Positions 32,420 to 44,961 of a stretch of 64,000 nucleotides of DNA are shown here, one piece after another. Origin of the DNA: Amoebidium appalachense (Eukaryota > Protista > Ichthyosporea); contig CAVNZM010000004.1 of NCBI GenBank assembly GCA_963693365.1, forward strand, positions 4,333,447-4,397,446, written 5' to 3'. A model generated the notes under the pieces. That model saw only the letters and a program-made list of their open reading frames with translations, was not told the origin of the DNA and did no database searches. Position 1 is the stretch's first letter. Each line of letters begins with the position of its first letter. Made by a program: the position numbers and the translations under genes.

Positions 32420-33000
32420 TGATTGGCTTAACAATCACCGACAACGATGATGGCTAGGCCAATCAATGCAAGAGATTTTAAACGCTTTTTGGTATCAAGA
32501 TGTACGTTTCATATGCGCAGCAGACTGGCAGATGAAAGATGTTTCACGGATCACTTCGGGCGCAGGCAGCCGGGCGGCCCATGACGTCACGGGCCGCGGC
32601 GCCAGGCGCAGCCGCAGCGGCGGCTGACATCGGTCTGGCGCAGCGCCTGACGTCAGGCGCCACCAGCGCCGGTATTTCCGGCGCAGCACACTGCAGATGC
32701 AGGCCACCTTCGTTTTCGCCGTGTGCGGCACGTACGGTTTTTGTTAGCACGATTGCGTTTTCGGTGGCTAGCACACGGCGGCTCCCACCCACCCACCTCT
32801 CAGTCTGTATACATGACGGTGTACGTATGCGACTGTGACTGGCTCACAGCCCGATTGCAGCGGCAATAAAGCATGTCGAGGCGGGGCCCAGCCCCGGCTG
32901 GTGCGGGGGGGGCTCATGGCATGGACCCCCCCTGGCGGCCCCCGCCTCGGCCAGCCCCTTGGGTGCAGGCACGACGGCCTGCACTCCGCGGACACGGGGG
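32420..33000. promoter_or_regulatory. CpG-rich promoter-like region with inverted CCAAT boxes and two palindrome-embedded CRE (TGACGTCA) sites
   Basis: TTGATTGGC...GCCAATCAA at 32420-32467; TGACGTCA at 32582 and 32648; lies upstream of the ATG at 33089. Confidence 0.5.
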
Positions 33001-33088
33001 GCATGAGGCAAGCACGAGTGAGTGATGTGAAACCTGGAGCGTCACTTCTGTTCTGTGCTGTAGCCTCAGGAAGACAAAGATCCCCACC

Positions 33089-34888
33089 ATGCAGTCCTTA
33101 CGCCTTTCAACGCGGAGCCTTCTTCTAACCCTATACCTCACGTGTTTCCTATCACCCATCCATGCCTTCCGGTATCCAAAGGGCTGTTACATTCCTTGCG
33201 ATGGCACCGAGGAAGAGTGTGCTAAGTCGCGCGAAGCATGCAAAGTCACACCAAACGCGACAACTCCCATGTGTGGCTGCAAATAGCATCACGCCCTGAG
33301 TTTTCAACGCTGGCCGGTTTGCTCAACAGCACGGGTCTATATAAAGCCGTTGAGCTAGACGGAAACTACCTAAACAAAACTAACATCTTTACACTTCATG
33401 CAACAACAAACGAGGCTTTTGACCTGCTTCCCCATGCAACTTACACCGCGCTTTCTGCCGACCCGGAGCTGCTTAAGAACTTGTGTCGTTCCATGTAGCC
33501 CGTGGGATGACGATGTTGACTATGACGCCATAAAGACCAAACTTGGTGAGACACTCACTTATGTCAGCCTAGGACAACCCGTGCAAAAGAAATACATCCG
33601 GGCCGCAGAGTGCACTTCCCCTCTCTACGAGCAAAAGACCCCTCTTCCGCAGGCGGTTAATGGTGAGATAATACCCATTTATGGGGTGATCATCCCTTGC
33701 CAGTTGCGTAACGGCAGCCAACCACTGCTCTCTACACCCTCCCCTCTGCCCGTCGAAAACGACCTCTCCGAGCTCGAAAAATACCAAGACACGCCCATCT
33801 ACTGCGAGGCAGCCGAGCTACCACCTGCAAACACTACATATTACCTCAAAACCTACCCAGCAAACTCAAACACCACAATCGAACTGGATCGCGGCACGAA
33901 CTCGCTACCGCAGCAGGTAACGGAATTGGTTATTTCTGGGCCTTATAAGGCACGCACTGGGGGAGTGAAGAAGACATGGACGTGTGTCAATCTCATACGG
34001 GCAAACAATGTGGTCGAGCGCAGATGCATCGACACCAATGGCGATAACGTAGCCGTTTTCACGGCGGAGGATGGAGCTGTGACGGGCGTCTCTGTGGCCT
34101 TTGAGAGTATTTGTGGTGACCGTAGCGAGTATGTGACAGCCAAAGAAGTTAAGGCCTTGCCTGCGGATACAAACAACCCGTTTTGCGAAACCGACCTATA
34201 CAGTTCCCGTGTCTACAACGTGGTAATGAGCAATGTTACCGTTGAGATAGCAGATGGCAATCGCCGCTCGGCAGGGCAGAGATATCATGGGATTTGAAAC
34301 CGGATGCGGCGGTGGAAGGGGAAGATAGTAAGGAGACTTCGGGAGTTGACGTGTTGGTGTGCGTGGGGTGGGTGCCTTTGGCGGGTGGCAACGGTACGGC
34401 ATACTGCAAACGGGTGGAAGGGAAAGCGGAAAACACAAAAGAGTCATGTTGCCACTAACCAATCAAAATGTGCGCTTGTGGGCATCTGTGCGCGAGGATA
34501 AGTGCGTGATTCCGGTTCGGGCCGACCCGGGCCAGCCTGGGCCGGTAACCTGCTGTATAGGTGGTGGGTTCCTTCAACTGAAAACAACAGCACACAGCTA
34601 GTGCAGGTTCTGGCAGAAAACGGCACCCTTAAAGTCCAGCCACCAAACTACGACGGCAGCGACTTTCTCTTCAAGAACGGAACTATTACCGTTGGGGGAG
34701 CAAATGGGAGCTGTCTTTTGCCTTCGGAGGATAAAAAGACGGTGACGGTGGGGCCGTGCAGTAACGCTAAAAATGGGTGGGGGTTTATCGATGCGAGCAT
34801 TAAGGCACGGGAGGCGGCGATTAAGGGGGTGGTGGATGACGTCCAATCAGCCGGCAAGATATTTGATGGCGCAGCTCAAGTCACGTGA
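33089..34888 (+). CDS. Intronless secreted protein: Cys-rich N-terminus, fasciclin (FAS1) domain, C-terminal ricin-B/beta-trefoil-like region; multiply frameshifted
   Basis: Signal peptide MQSLRLSTRSLLLTLYLTCFLSPIHA. FAS1 motifs EFSTLAGLLNSTGL, FTLHATTNEAF, LLKN/SFHV and NGEIIPIYGVIIP. C-terminal CLLPSEDKKTVTVGPCSNAKNGW. Split over at least 5 overlapping ORFs. Confidence 0.75.
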
Positions 34889-35320
34889 CACAAACACGTG
34901 TGCCGTGCCAGGGTGAGGTCATAGTGCTGGCTGCGTGCCTGCCTGCAAGCACGGAGGATTATTCTAGAATGGCCTGGTGGTATGCTGAGCTGTTGGGGGG
35001 TATTTAGATTTATTCCACAGGCGGTGTAACAGTTTCTGATACGAATGATTACATTAGCGGCTAATTAGCACCACATAATTACAAATCATTGGCGCCCTTG
35101 TGAAGACGATAGAGGCCAGTCAGTCTGCAAAATCCACGGGTGGGTTTGTGCCACCCTGTATGTATGGCAGCAGATGTGGTAGTGTTTGTTAATTGTCATA
35201 TTATAATTACGAGATACACATAGGCCTGTGAAAGTTATCAAACCAGATGTCATGTACGTTAGGGTAGTCAGCCATTGCCATGCGAATAGGGTAGACATCT
35301 ACCGTACTTTGCCCCCCCCC

Positions 35321-35354
<34 letters not shown>

Positions 35355-36273
35355 ACGCCCGCCCTCCCTCCCTCCCTTTGGGGAACGTTGCGGTATTGTG
35401 ATTTGAATAGGCAGTCTGAGAGTTAAGCATCGTGTAAATAAATGACGCCGTGTGTGCAATCTTATGTGAAGGTGCACTATAGATGATATACATGTGCCAA
35501 CTGAGCAATTGACCAGCGCCTGTTGTAGCGAATTTCAAGTTATCTTGCGAGGCACAGGTTGTGCGAGTTGAAATCGAGATTGGGAGGGGTAGACTGTAAG
35601 CCTTACTGCAAGAATCCCCCCCCCCCCCCCCCCCCCCACCACCACCACCACCACCACCACTACCCTCACCCCACCCCCACCCACCCACCTACCCACACAC
35701 ACGAGCAAGGCTTCAATTTTTTTGGATTTAAAGCTTATGTAATTGCACATAAACAAAACAATACTACTGATTCAGAGTTTGCTCAACACTCCGTGTCCTG
35801 GCCGAACGCGCATACATTGCGTGTCTAAAAAACTTTGAGAATGGCTCTTGTCACCAAGGTGGGGTGGGGGAGGAGGGGCACTTGAGTATTTTACCTAACC
35901 AGCCCAGGAGCCAGGGGTGGAATCGGGGAGAGAAGGGGGGGGGGGGGGGGGGGAGGGGGGGGATGTGTCTCTTGTTTTTGTTTGTTCTCAGTAGCTGCAA
36001 CCGTGTGTGTGTGATGTGGCCACGGCAGGCAGGGGATTTGTGTGTGCTTGTTCAAGTGTTTGCGTCAGGGCCTTGCAATTCACATGCATTGCGCGCGTAC
36101 ACATGTGGTGCACGTGTGTGAGTGTGTGTGCGTGTACATGTGTGCGCATGCTTGAATAAGTAACTACGTTCCGTGCATTTGCACACATTCATGTGCACAC
36201 GTTTCAAAATCATTGGCAAGTGAATGGCATCTATAAGGTACTACGAGCGCAAGGTAGCAATCGAGTAGCTACT

Positions 36274-36630
36274 TATTGCCAGAGCTCGGTTGCAAATTCC
36301 AATGTTGTGGTTCTATGTGTTCTACCCTTGCGACGGAAGGGGCAAAGGGGGAGCGGAGGAGGGGGGAGGGGGGAGGGGAAGAGAGGAAAGGAAGGGACTT
36401 ATGACGGATTTTTGAATTGGGGGGGGGGGGGGGGAGGGGGAGGAGAAGTAAATATCGACTTCCCCCCTGGTGGTACATGGGGGCGGGAGGGGGGAGGAGG
36501 GGTACCCCCCCTCCCCCCCCCCCCCCCCCCCCCCCCCGCCCCTCCCCGCCCCCCCCCCCCACTCCCCCCCCCACAAGGGTAGAACACATAGAACCACAAC
36601 ATTGGAATTTGCAACCGAGCTCTGGCAATA
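36274..36630. mobile_element. MITE/foldback element with perfect 57-bp inverted arms
   Basis: 36274-36330 is the exact reverse complement of 36574-36630; both ends are TA. Confidence 0.8.
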
Positions 36631-36662
36631 TTGCTTCCGTTTTGCCCACTGATGCATATCCC

Positions 36663-36699
<37 letters not shown>

Positions 36700-36721
36700 C
36701 TCATACACACACATACACGCA

Positions 36722-36766
<45 letters not shown>

Positions 36767-37316
36767 CACACGTTCCACCCCTTGGTGCTGGTGCTCTTCG
36801 TCTGCCGGATGCATACCAACGTCTGCTTTGTGTTGTCCGCTAAATATCAGGTTCATGATGATGCTCTGTAACATTTTCTAACGACTCCCCCCCCCCCCCT
36901 CCCCTGAGGCTCCCATGGCCACTCACCTCCCCCCCCCCCCCTCCCCCCCCGAGGCTCTCACCCTGCTCATTTACACAAGTCAATGCACGTGCACATGCGC
37001 ACGCACACACACAGTCACACACACTGCAACGGTCAGCTGTAAGAGTTTCTAAATCATATTATCGGAAGCAAGGTTGTCGTGCTCACCGTGCAGTGTTTGT
37101 AACTGCATATCTGTGTGGCGGGGAATGTATGTGTGGGTAAGCGTATCTGCATGTTCATGTCGGGTGCTCATCGCTGGTCACAGCCTTGTGCACCTCTTGA
37201 ACGTCCAAAATGGTATATGCGTGTGCAGGTACGTGCAAATGAAATACCTGTGAAGTGTGTGCGTGCGTGTGTGCGCGCGGTGGAGCGACTAGAGACGTGT
37301 GCGAGAGGGGGCGGGG

Positions 37317-37352
<36 letters not shown>

Positions 37353-37724
37353 GACAGTGGCCCAGAAGCGGGAAGGGGGGAGTATGACCGTACAACATAG
37401 CCCGAGTTTCGCGTGATCAAGGACTCCCATTAGTTAACCTCAATGTTAATGTTTTGGGAATGTATGTTAACCGCCTCTCGGCAATAGTACTATATTATAT
37501 GATCAGGTTACTGATTTAGCCACATCAACGGATGGCAGCTTTGGCCCGGTCGAGATCGGGTGTGTGTGTGTGTGGGGGGAGGGGGGGGGGGGGGGGGGGG
37601 GGGGGGGCAGCATGGGGGACCCACCTGTCCAAAGGAGTGGGTGTCCCCCCCCCCCCCCCCCCCCCCAGGTTACTAAGTTACTAGTACTACTACCCCCCTC
37701 CCCGTTTCAATCTTAAGAATCACT

Positions 37725-37880
37725 AATGCGTTATAGAGTACGAAGAACATATTCACAAAGCACAACACAATGCAAAGCGCAAATTACACACAAAAAAGAG
37801 TATGCACTTGAGGCAGATCCCATCCTAAATGTCACAGTGCCCCAAGCCATCCACCGTACCCGAGTTTCCACCCATTCAGG
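37725..37880 (-). repeat. Dispersed SINE-like repeat family A, inverted copy
   Basis: The reverse complement reads GGTGGAAACTCGGGTACGGTGGATGGCTTGGGGC...AGGATGGGATCTGC...GCATACTC...CTTCGTAC. Confidence 0.75.
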
Positions 37881-38576
37881 GGCAGGGGGGTTTAGGGGTT
37901 TGGGGGTTTCGGGAAATTTTTTTTTTTTTGCAGGGGGGGGGGGGGGGGGAGGGGGGGAGGGGGGAGGGGGTGGTATTGAAAGGAAGGAGGTGGGGGGGGG
38001 GGGGGGGGGAAGGTTTGGTGGAGTACTCTGCCACTCTGTGCCAGCAACAGCTTTTTCTTTTTTAAATTTGCCAACATCAATAATGATTATCAAGACTTGA
38101 CGGGGAAACATTCATATCACACTCAAGGCTCTATATAGCTGTAACAGTTATTGAGTTTCAAGTTCCGAAACATATTCGCCGTCAGTCCGTTGGAATCTAG
38201 GCGATAATAAGTACTGTCAATGGTCAGATATGTACATGTACATTTGGATGCATTTATTCAGTTATTCGAACTCAAATTAGGCATTACATATATGCACGAG
38301 CACATACATCCTTAAATTGGTGGACAAAAGAGCAAGACCAGGTTTCCCACCGCGCGCCCGCGGGGGGGAGAGGGGGGGGGGGGGGGGGAGGAGGGTTACA
38401 GACTGTCAGCGAGCATTGAAATTTTCAGATTGGCTACCGTCAGAAAAAGAATACGAGAACGAAAGAAAGGAGCCAGAGAGGGGAAGCGAAGAGGGCGGAG
38501 GGGGATTGGGGAGGGGGAGGCAGAGAGACAGACAAGAGAGAGAGAGAGTGGGGTGGAGAGTGGAGAAGAGAGAGAG

Positions 38577-38621
<45 letters not shown>

Positions 38622-38809
38622 TGGAGGGAAGGATGGAGACCAGGCAATGGCGTGAGTTGTTTGTGTGTGTGTGTTGGGGGGGGGAAGAGGGGGGGGGGGG
38701 GGGGGGGGGGGGGGCAGGGAGCAAGTGGAAAAAGAGAAAAAACGTCTTTTCTTTTTTCTTTAAAATAAAAACCCCCAAAAAAGAAATTTACAAAATCGGC
38801 CAAACCCAT

Positions 38810-38846
<37 letters not shown>

Positions 38847-38875
38847 AAAAAAAGTCTGAGGCTCGCTAGGAGACT

Positions 38876-40574
38876 CTATGCCTCAACCCGAGGCCGCTTT
38901 TTCCTGCTACCTGCACGCCCATCACTCCAAACCCTGATCTTCCCATCTGAACACAGTGCAGCACAAGAGGCCCCACAGATCGCTACTTCTCTCAGTTGCA
39001 CTTCGCCTCCAACATCACTACCCAAAAGTCTCCATGTTATTCGCTCTCTGGCCTGCACAGAATTGCCCGTTAGTGTTAAAGGATACAAACTAACGTCTCT
39101 CCGATCGTGTGTGCACATGATGGGGCTGGGGGCGGTGGGAAGAAAACTTGGGTGTCATCGCCTGAGCCCTCGCATGCAAAATCCATAGTGGTAAGGGTCA
39201 CATCCCCTGCCCCCGTTTCATCCCACGACTGATAGGATATTACAAAAACCCTCGAGCCGTCATTCGCATCCCTCAAGCGCACGATGCTGAGTTTTTTACC
39301 GATGAGAAAGAACTCAATACGCGTGCCCGCAGCTGCGTGAAGTGGTGGTGTCCTGTACAAAGTGTTACCAGACTCCGTGTCGAACACCACATGTTCGTTA
39401 TCATCCGCAATTCAACAAACGAATCATCGCTCTGAATCGTGCTGGATTCCAACAATAAAGGTGGCTTGTATGTCGTGTCAAATTCTCTGCGCCACACTTC
39501 TTCCCCGGTGGATGTGTTTCTTGCTATCATGGTCATTCTTCTCTTATAGTCTACACACAGCACAATCAACCGTGTTTTCCCTGCCACCGTGAAGCTGCAT
39601 ACCTGCATTTTTGGGGAAAAAAACGTGTGTTCACGAGCTCCGTCCACAGTATTGCAGAGGACAACAGCCTCATCATTTTCCTTCCTATATCTGATTACCA
39701 GAAACCGCCCATTCCTGTCCAATTCGACGTCCATGACCCCCCCCAACCGCCAATCACGCCCAGGATACGTCCATATTCTCTGCCCAGTGTTCGTATCCCA
39801 GAGAATAACGTCATCTTTGGGATCGGGGTCCGGAGGGGACTTAGCCAGTAGCCGATTTTCAGCCAAGGCAATGAGCGTATATTTTGGGTCGAATTGGTGG
39901 TCGATAATGGTTAAACCGGCGTCCCCAGTAAACCAATCGGTAATCGACGGCTCCACTTGCTCGGGCCACGTAAGGCCAAAAAACAGAAACTCATCCAACA
40001 GCCCGTCCCTCAGGTCCTCATCGCTCGGGAATGGGGGGATTGGAACCTTTCTTCCGCAGGAAATCGAGAACGTACTCGAACAACACCGGGGACCTATCGA
40101 TAAACACGGTGCCGTCATCACGTGTCTGGATGGCATGTCGGCCGCTGAACCATGCAGCTAACATGGAGTCGGGCACGGCACACAGCGTCTGACGGGTGGT
40201 GGCAAAGTGGCGGCCCCCCACGTCAAGAACAATGCGGTCGCTAGCCTGTGCATTCAGCTGCCTCACAGACTCGCACTCGGCGGTGAACCGTTCTCTGAAA
40301 GGAGAAAAGGGTTATTACGAATCATGCTGCGCAACTTGTGGGTTGATTAGGGGGGAACGGGTGGGAGGGGGTTGGGAAAAGGGTTGGGGGGCCACAGAGA
40401 GAGAGAGTGGGGGGGGCAGCGGGTGGAAGGGTGGTTGGGGGGAAGGAAGGAGGGAGGGAGTGAGGGAGGGAGGTACTGAGGCAGGGAGGGAGGAAGGGAG
40501 GGAGGGAGGGGGAGAGAGAGAGAGAGAAACGAGAAAGAGAGAGAGAGAGAGAGGAGGGGGAGGGGGGGGGGGGG

Positions 40575-40645
<71 letters not shown>

Positions 40646-41218
40646 CGGATTTTTCTATTACACCACCAAACCTTTCCCTACCTTCCCCCTCTTTTTTGCA
40701 CATTTAGTGCCTCACCACCCCTTGAGCTTCTTTCCCTCTCTTCGGGTCCCTGCCCAGCCCATCTTCAATCAGATGTTCACTGAGTCAACACACACCACTT
40801 GATGCCTATTTCAGGTTGTTGTGTGTGCACGACTTAAATACTTCCTTCTGCGTGAGTAAGTGTGCATATATCGAAAACAAGGGAAGAAAAATGTGCCTGT
40901 GTAATTGTGTTTGTGTGTGTGTGTGTAGCCCTGTGGGGGAGGCGGGCGGGGGGGCGGGGGGAGGGGGGGGGGGGGGGGGGGAGAGGGGGGGGGGAGGGGG
41001 GAGGGGGGAGGGGGGGGGGGGAGGGGGGGGAGGGAGGAAATGCATGCGCACCTGTCTGCCTCCAGCTGCCGCCTGTCTGCCCGCAGCTGTTTGTCCTCCG
41101 CCTCCAGCGTCTCCTCGCAGGCACACAGCTCACGGGTGGCCTCCAAGACTTGCGCAAACACAGCAGAACCCTTCCTGCAGAGCACCACCGTGGACGCCAA
41201 AAGTTCTTGAAGATTCAT
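38876..41218 (-). CDS. KCTD-type BTB/POZ protein with an N-terminal coiled coil and C-terminal beta-propeller-like repeats; 3 apparent frameshifts
   Basis: Exon 1 41218-41052 and exon 2 40294-38876 are phase-compatible. BTB: IVLDVGGRHFATTRQTL...DSMLAAWFSGR...VFIDRSPVLFEYVLDFLR. Blade-like motifs VILWDTNTGQRIW, NTSTGEEVWRR, FDTESGNTLY and SDGKIRVW. C-terminal RKKRPR. Confidence 0.85.
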
Positions 41219-41628
41219 GATGGAATAAGATTTTAGAGCATCTACACGTGTGTGTGTGCAAAAGTGTGTGTTTGTTTGCCTATGGCTTCTAGATTTTTGT
41301 GTGTACGTGCGTTCGCCTACAGCGTAGCTGTTCGGCGCCAGTATGTTTTTGTGTCATGTGTACGGGCATGGGTACTCTGTTCGAGATCTCGATCGTCCAG
41401 GTCTGCCAGTCTGCAGGGCCGCAGAGCCTGACCGTAATGGGAAGCCATGTGTACGCTTGCCAAGGTTTGATTGATGCTTCTAACCAGGTTCTCAGCCATA
41501 CTACGCAACTACGCTCCGGGGGAGGGAGAATATGTAGTGTGTGCCAAGGTCGGTATGCGTGCGTGTGTGGGTGTGCACGTGGCTGTGGGTACATGTGTGT
41601 GTACATGTGCGTGTCGGCCCAGGGAGGG

Positions 41629-41683
<55 letters not shown>

Positions 41684-41764
41684 GGGGGGGGGCAGACCAT
41701 TGGCGGGGTGCCACCAGGGAAGGGGGAGTGGGGGAGGGGTCCGGAGGGAGAAGGCGGGGAAGAG

Positions 41765-42144
41765 CCCAACCACATCGTCAGAGTCAACTTGCAAAACGCT
41801 GAATTATTCTGCAAAAGCGGAAATATTCTGCAAAAAGCAGAATTATTCTGCAAAAAGCAGAATTATTCTGCGTTTAGCAGAATTAGTGTTTAGCAGGATT
41901 ATTCCGCAAAAACAGAATCACTCTGCTAATAGCCGAATTATTCGACATAAGAATAATTCTGCTTTTAGTGGAATTTTAGCAGATTGATTCTGCTGTTTGC
42001 AGAATAATCCTGCTTTTGCAGAATAATTCTGCTTTTGGTGAGTAATTCTGCTTTTAGCCGAATAATTCTGCTTTTTGCAGAATAATTCTGCTTTTAGCAG
42101 AACAATTCTGCTCGGAGCACGTTGACTCAGCCGATGTGGTTGGG
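41765..42144. mobile_element. Foldback-type element with ~24-bp terminal inverted repeats and internal mirrored arrays of a ~20-bp unit
   Basis: Ends are CCCAACCACATCGTCAGAGTCAAC and GTTGACTCAGCCGATGTGGTTGGG. Left-half units are GCAGAATTATTCTGCAAAAA and right-half units are GCAGAATAATTCTGCTTTT. Confidence 0.85.
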
Positions 42145-42504
42145 TCCTCCGGGGGGGGGGGGGGGGGGGGTCACGGGGGGGTTGAGTCGGGTTAAGGGGT
42201 TTTTTAATATGTTGATACGGCTGCCTTTAAAGGTCACTAATAACTTCGGCAGTGTGCAGCCGTCACGGACTTGGGAAGATATTAGCTAGACGCAATACCC
42301 CCAGCTGGAGGCTGCCATCTTAACCTTTAGTAATGCATCATCATCAAGTTGGCCTCGTTGCGTTAGGCCTCGAATAAAGAGCCAGGTGGGCAACCCCAGG
42401 GCCCAGTACCTAGTAGGCCTGGACGTGCATAACTATGTTTGCAGGTGTTCTTGTGTGTGTGTGTGCGTGCCGGTGCGTGTGTGTGTTTGTGTGTGTGTGT
42501 GTGC

Positions 42505-42576
<72 letters not shown>

Positions 42577-42611
42577 ATGTGTACGTGTTACATCTCTCTC
42601 TCTCTCTCCTG

Positions 42612-42718
<107 letters not shown>

Positions 42719-42815
42719 TCTCTCTCTCTCTTTCTTTCTCTGCCCCTCGGTGTGCTCGGATCCCTCTCTGAGGACACACCATGTACACGGCGCACGCACA
42801 CACACTCGGTGGCAC

Positions 42816-42850
<35 letters not shown>

Positions 42851-43047
42851 CAAGAAACCGTTGGTACAAACACACACACCGACATTGGCATGTACACACG
42901 TGCACACATACACAGACACACACACCCTGCATACATACACTGTGACACCACACTGCACACACACACACATACATACACAACTGTACATACATACACGCAC
43001 ACCATAACCGTTGACGCAAAACACACACACATGCACACAATGTCATG

Positions 43048-43096
<49 letters not shown>

Positions 43097-43299
43097 ACAT
43101 GTGCACACATGCACTGTGACACAACATAGACACACACACACCGATTACCGCTGACACAAATACACACACCCACACCTGTACACATACACACAGACACACA
43201 AACCGTGCATACATACCCACCACACACACACACACACAATTGCAAAGAAAAATACTCACACACACACAAACACAGACACAACCACCCAACCTGATTTTC

Positions 43300-43337
<38 letters not shown>

Positions 43338-43407
43338 ACCTCTCCCGGCCCCCCCCCCCAAACATTCGATTTCTGCCTGAGCTTCCCATGTTGCTGCCTC
43401 AACTCAC

Positions 43408-43438
<31 letters not shown>

Positions 43439-43827
43439 AGAATTTTTAAATACGGAGACAAATTGTACATATATATTGTGCATTAATGCACTTCATATTT
43501 CCCTTTTATTCCTTCAAAGCTTCAACTGCCAACACCAGGAAGGCCTCTAATAACCACAGGGGTTTTTGAGTATGCATTATAATTACATTTTGATGCAATA
43601 TAGGCACAAATAAGCATGCCCTAGTTTACTGATGCGCGATGATTACGATTTTTGGTGGGCCTGCTCCGACGGAGCATTCCGATTTTCGAAGAGGTTTTCC
43701 GAAACGGGATTTCGACTTCCGTTAATGGGCTCCACCGTCCTTCGAACCCTGCGTGGCACTGAGCCTCACGGTATGTATTTCATACCCTGCTCTGATTGGG
43801 TGCAGGTTGAACGGTTGGACGTCCGCA

Positions 43828-43985
43828 CGGCAGGGTTTGCGTTACGAATCGTATCGACCTAAAATACGATTTAGGAAACCCCGTTTTACGATTAATAGGA
43901 GCCATCCAATTAGTAAATACGACCCTGAAAGTTGTCACAATCCTCGGAATTTGCCTGAATACGATTAAGAACGCCAAACCCCGGC
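43828..43985. mobile_element. Degenerate MITE related to the 44458 element
   Basis: Imperfect TIRs GGCAGGGTTTGCGTT / AACGCCAAACCCCGGC; internal AATCGTAT/ATACGATT motifs. Confidence 0.5.
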
Positions 43986-44457
43986 AATGCCTGCCCCACC
44001 CCTGGCCGGCGGCAGGCCCGCCCGGATCACACCCTACTGCAGTAAAACTTTTAATGCCCGTCTTTATACATTTATGTAATACTAAGCCACTTGTATGTTG
44101 TATACGTATAGTGGTGAGTAAAGCGGTAAGAATCATGCCTTTATTGTTTAAGTAAAAAGAGGAACAGAGAAACGGGTGCAATATGAGCTGTTCTAGCATG
44201 CATCGATATGCATATGCCTGCCAGACTCTCGAGCTCCCCGCGCGGCCAAGCTGATGGCACGTCTCCCATTTCTCATGCTGCCGCGGCCGTCGGGGATAAG
44301 TCCGCATTCATTCAAGTTGCACGCCCTCTGCCCACAGTAGGTGGCCCACATGTTGTACGTGTGTCACTTGCGTGCTGTGTGACGACATGGCCACTGGCCA
44401 GGGCCCCGCGCGAAGCTGATGACTCGGATGCCACTAGCAGCTATGGTGGTGTGCTAA

Positions 44458-44616
44458 GGGCGTGTTTGGCAGCCAAAAATAATCGTATTTGTATTATCGT
44501 GCGAAAAGACGATTAATCGTATTCATAAAATTATTTTGAGGTATGCGTATTTAGGGGCGATAATACGATTATGGCGTGCCAAACCACGTTTTCAGAGGGC
44601 CGTGGCCAAACGCGCC
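44458..44616. mobile_element. Tourist-like (PIF/Harbinger) MITE
   Basis: TIRs GGCGTGTTTGGC / GCCAAACGCGCC flanked by TAA on both sides; internal AATCGTAT/ATACGATT repeats. Confidence 0.7.
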
Positions 44617-44961
44617 TAAACACGCAAGATATGCTCGCTCGATCGTATTTACGTCAATTAATGGAATGCTAATAGTGTATCGATAAGACTAGTAATGCCA
44701 CGCTCTGCCGAGCTTTGGCTCAACGTCGAAGCGAGACGAGAATATTCTGGAAGGTACTGTGTGCGTGTGTGCCGGTGTTGGAGGGAGGGCAACAATTTGA
44801 AGAAAAGAAAGGACTGTTCGGACATTTTTTTTCTCTTTGTCTGTATCCTGCCTCCCCCCTTGGGGTATCAAAACTTGAAAACAGCCCCAGCGCTGGAACC
44901 CTCCTGGCATCAATCTAACCCCTAAAATTACAAATGGCTAGCCGATGCCACAGCTATGTAA

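Noticed and set aside
39589-40161. 190-aa plus-strand ORF
   Set aside because: It is the antisense shadow of the BTB/propeller exon.
41790-42115. CRISPR-like periodic palindromic repeats
   Set aside because: Spacers are ~5 nt and non-unique, the array is mirrored within TIRs, there are no cas genes and the context is eukaryotic.
44915-44926. CTAACCCCTAA telomere-like motif
   Set aside because: Fewer than two units; expected by chance.
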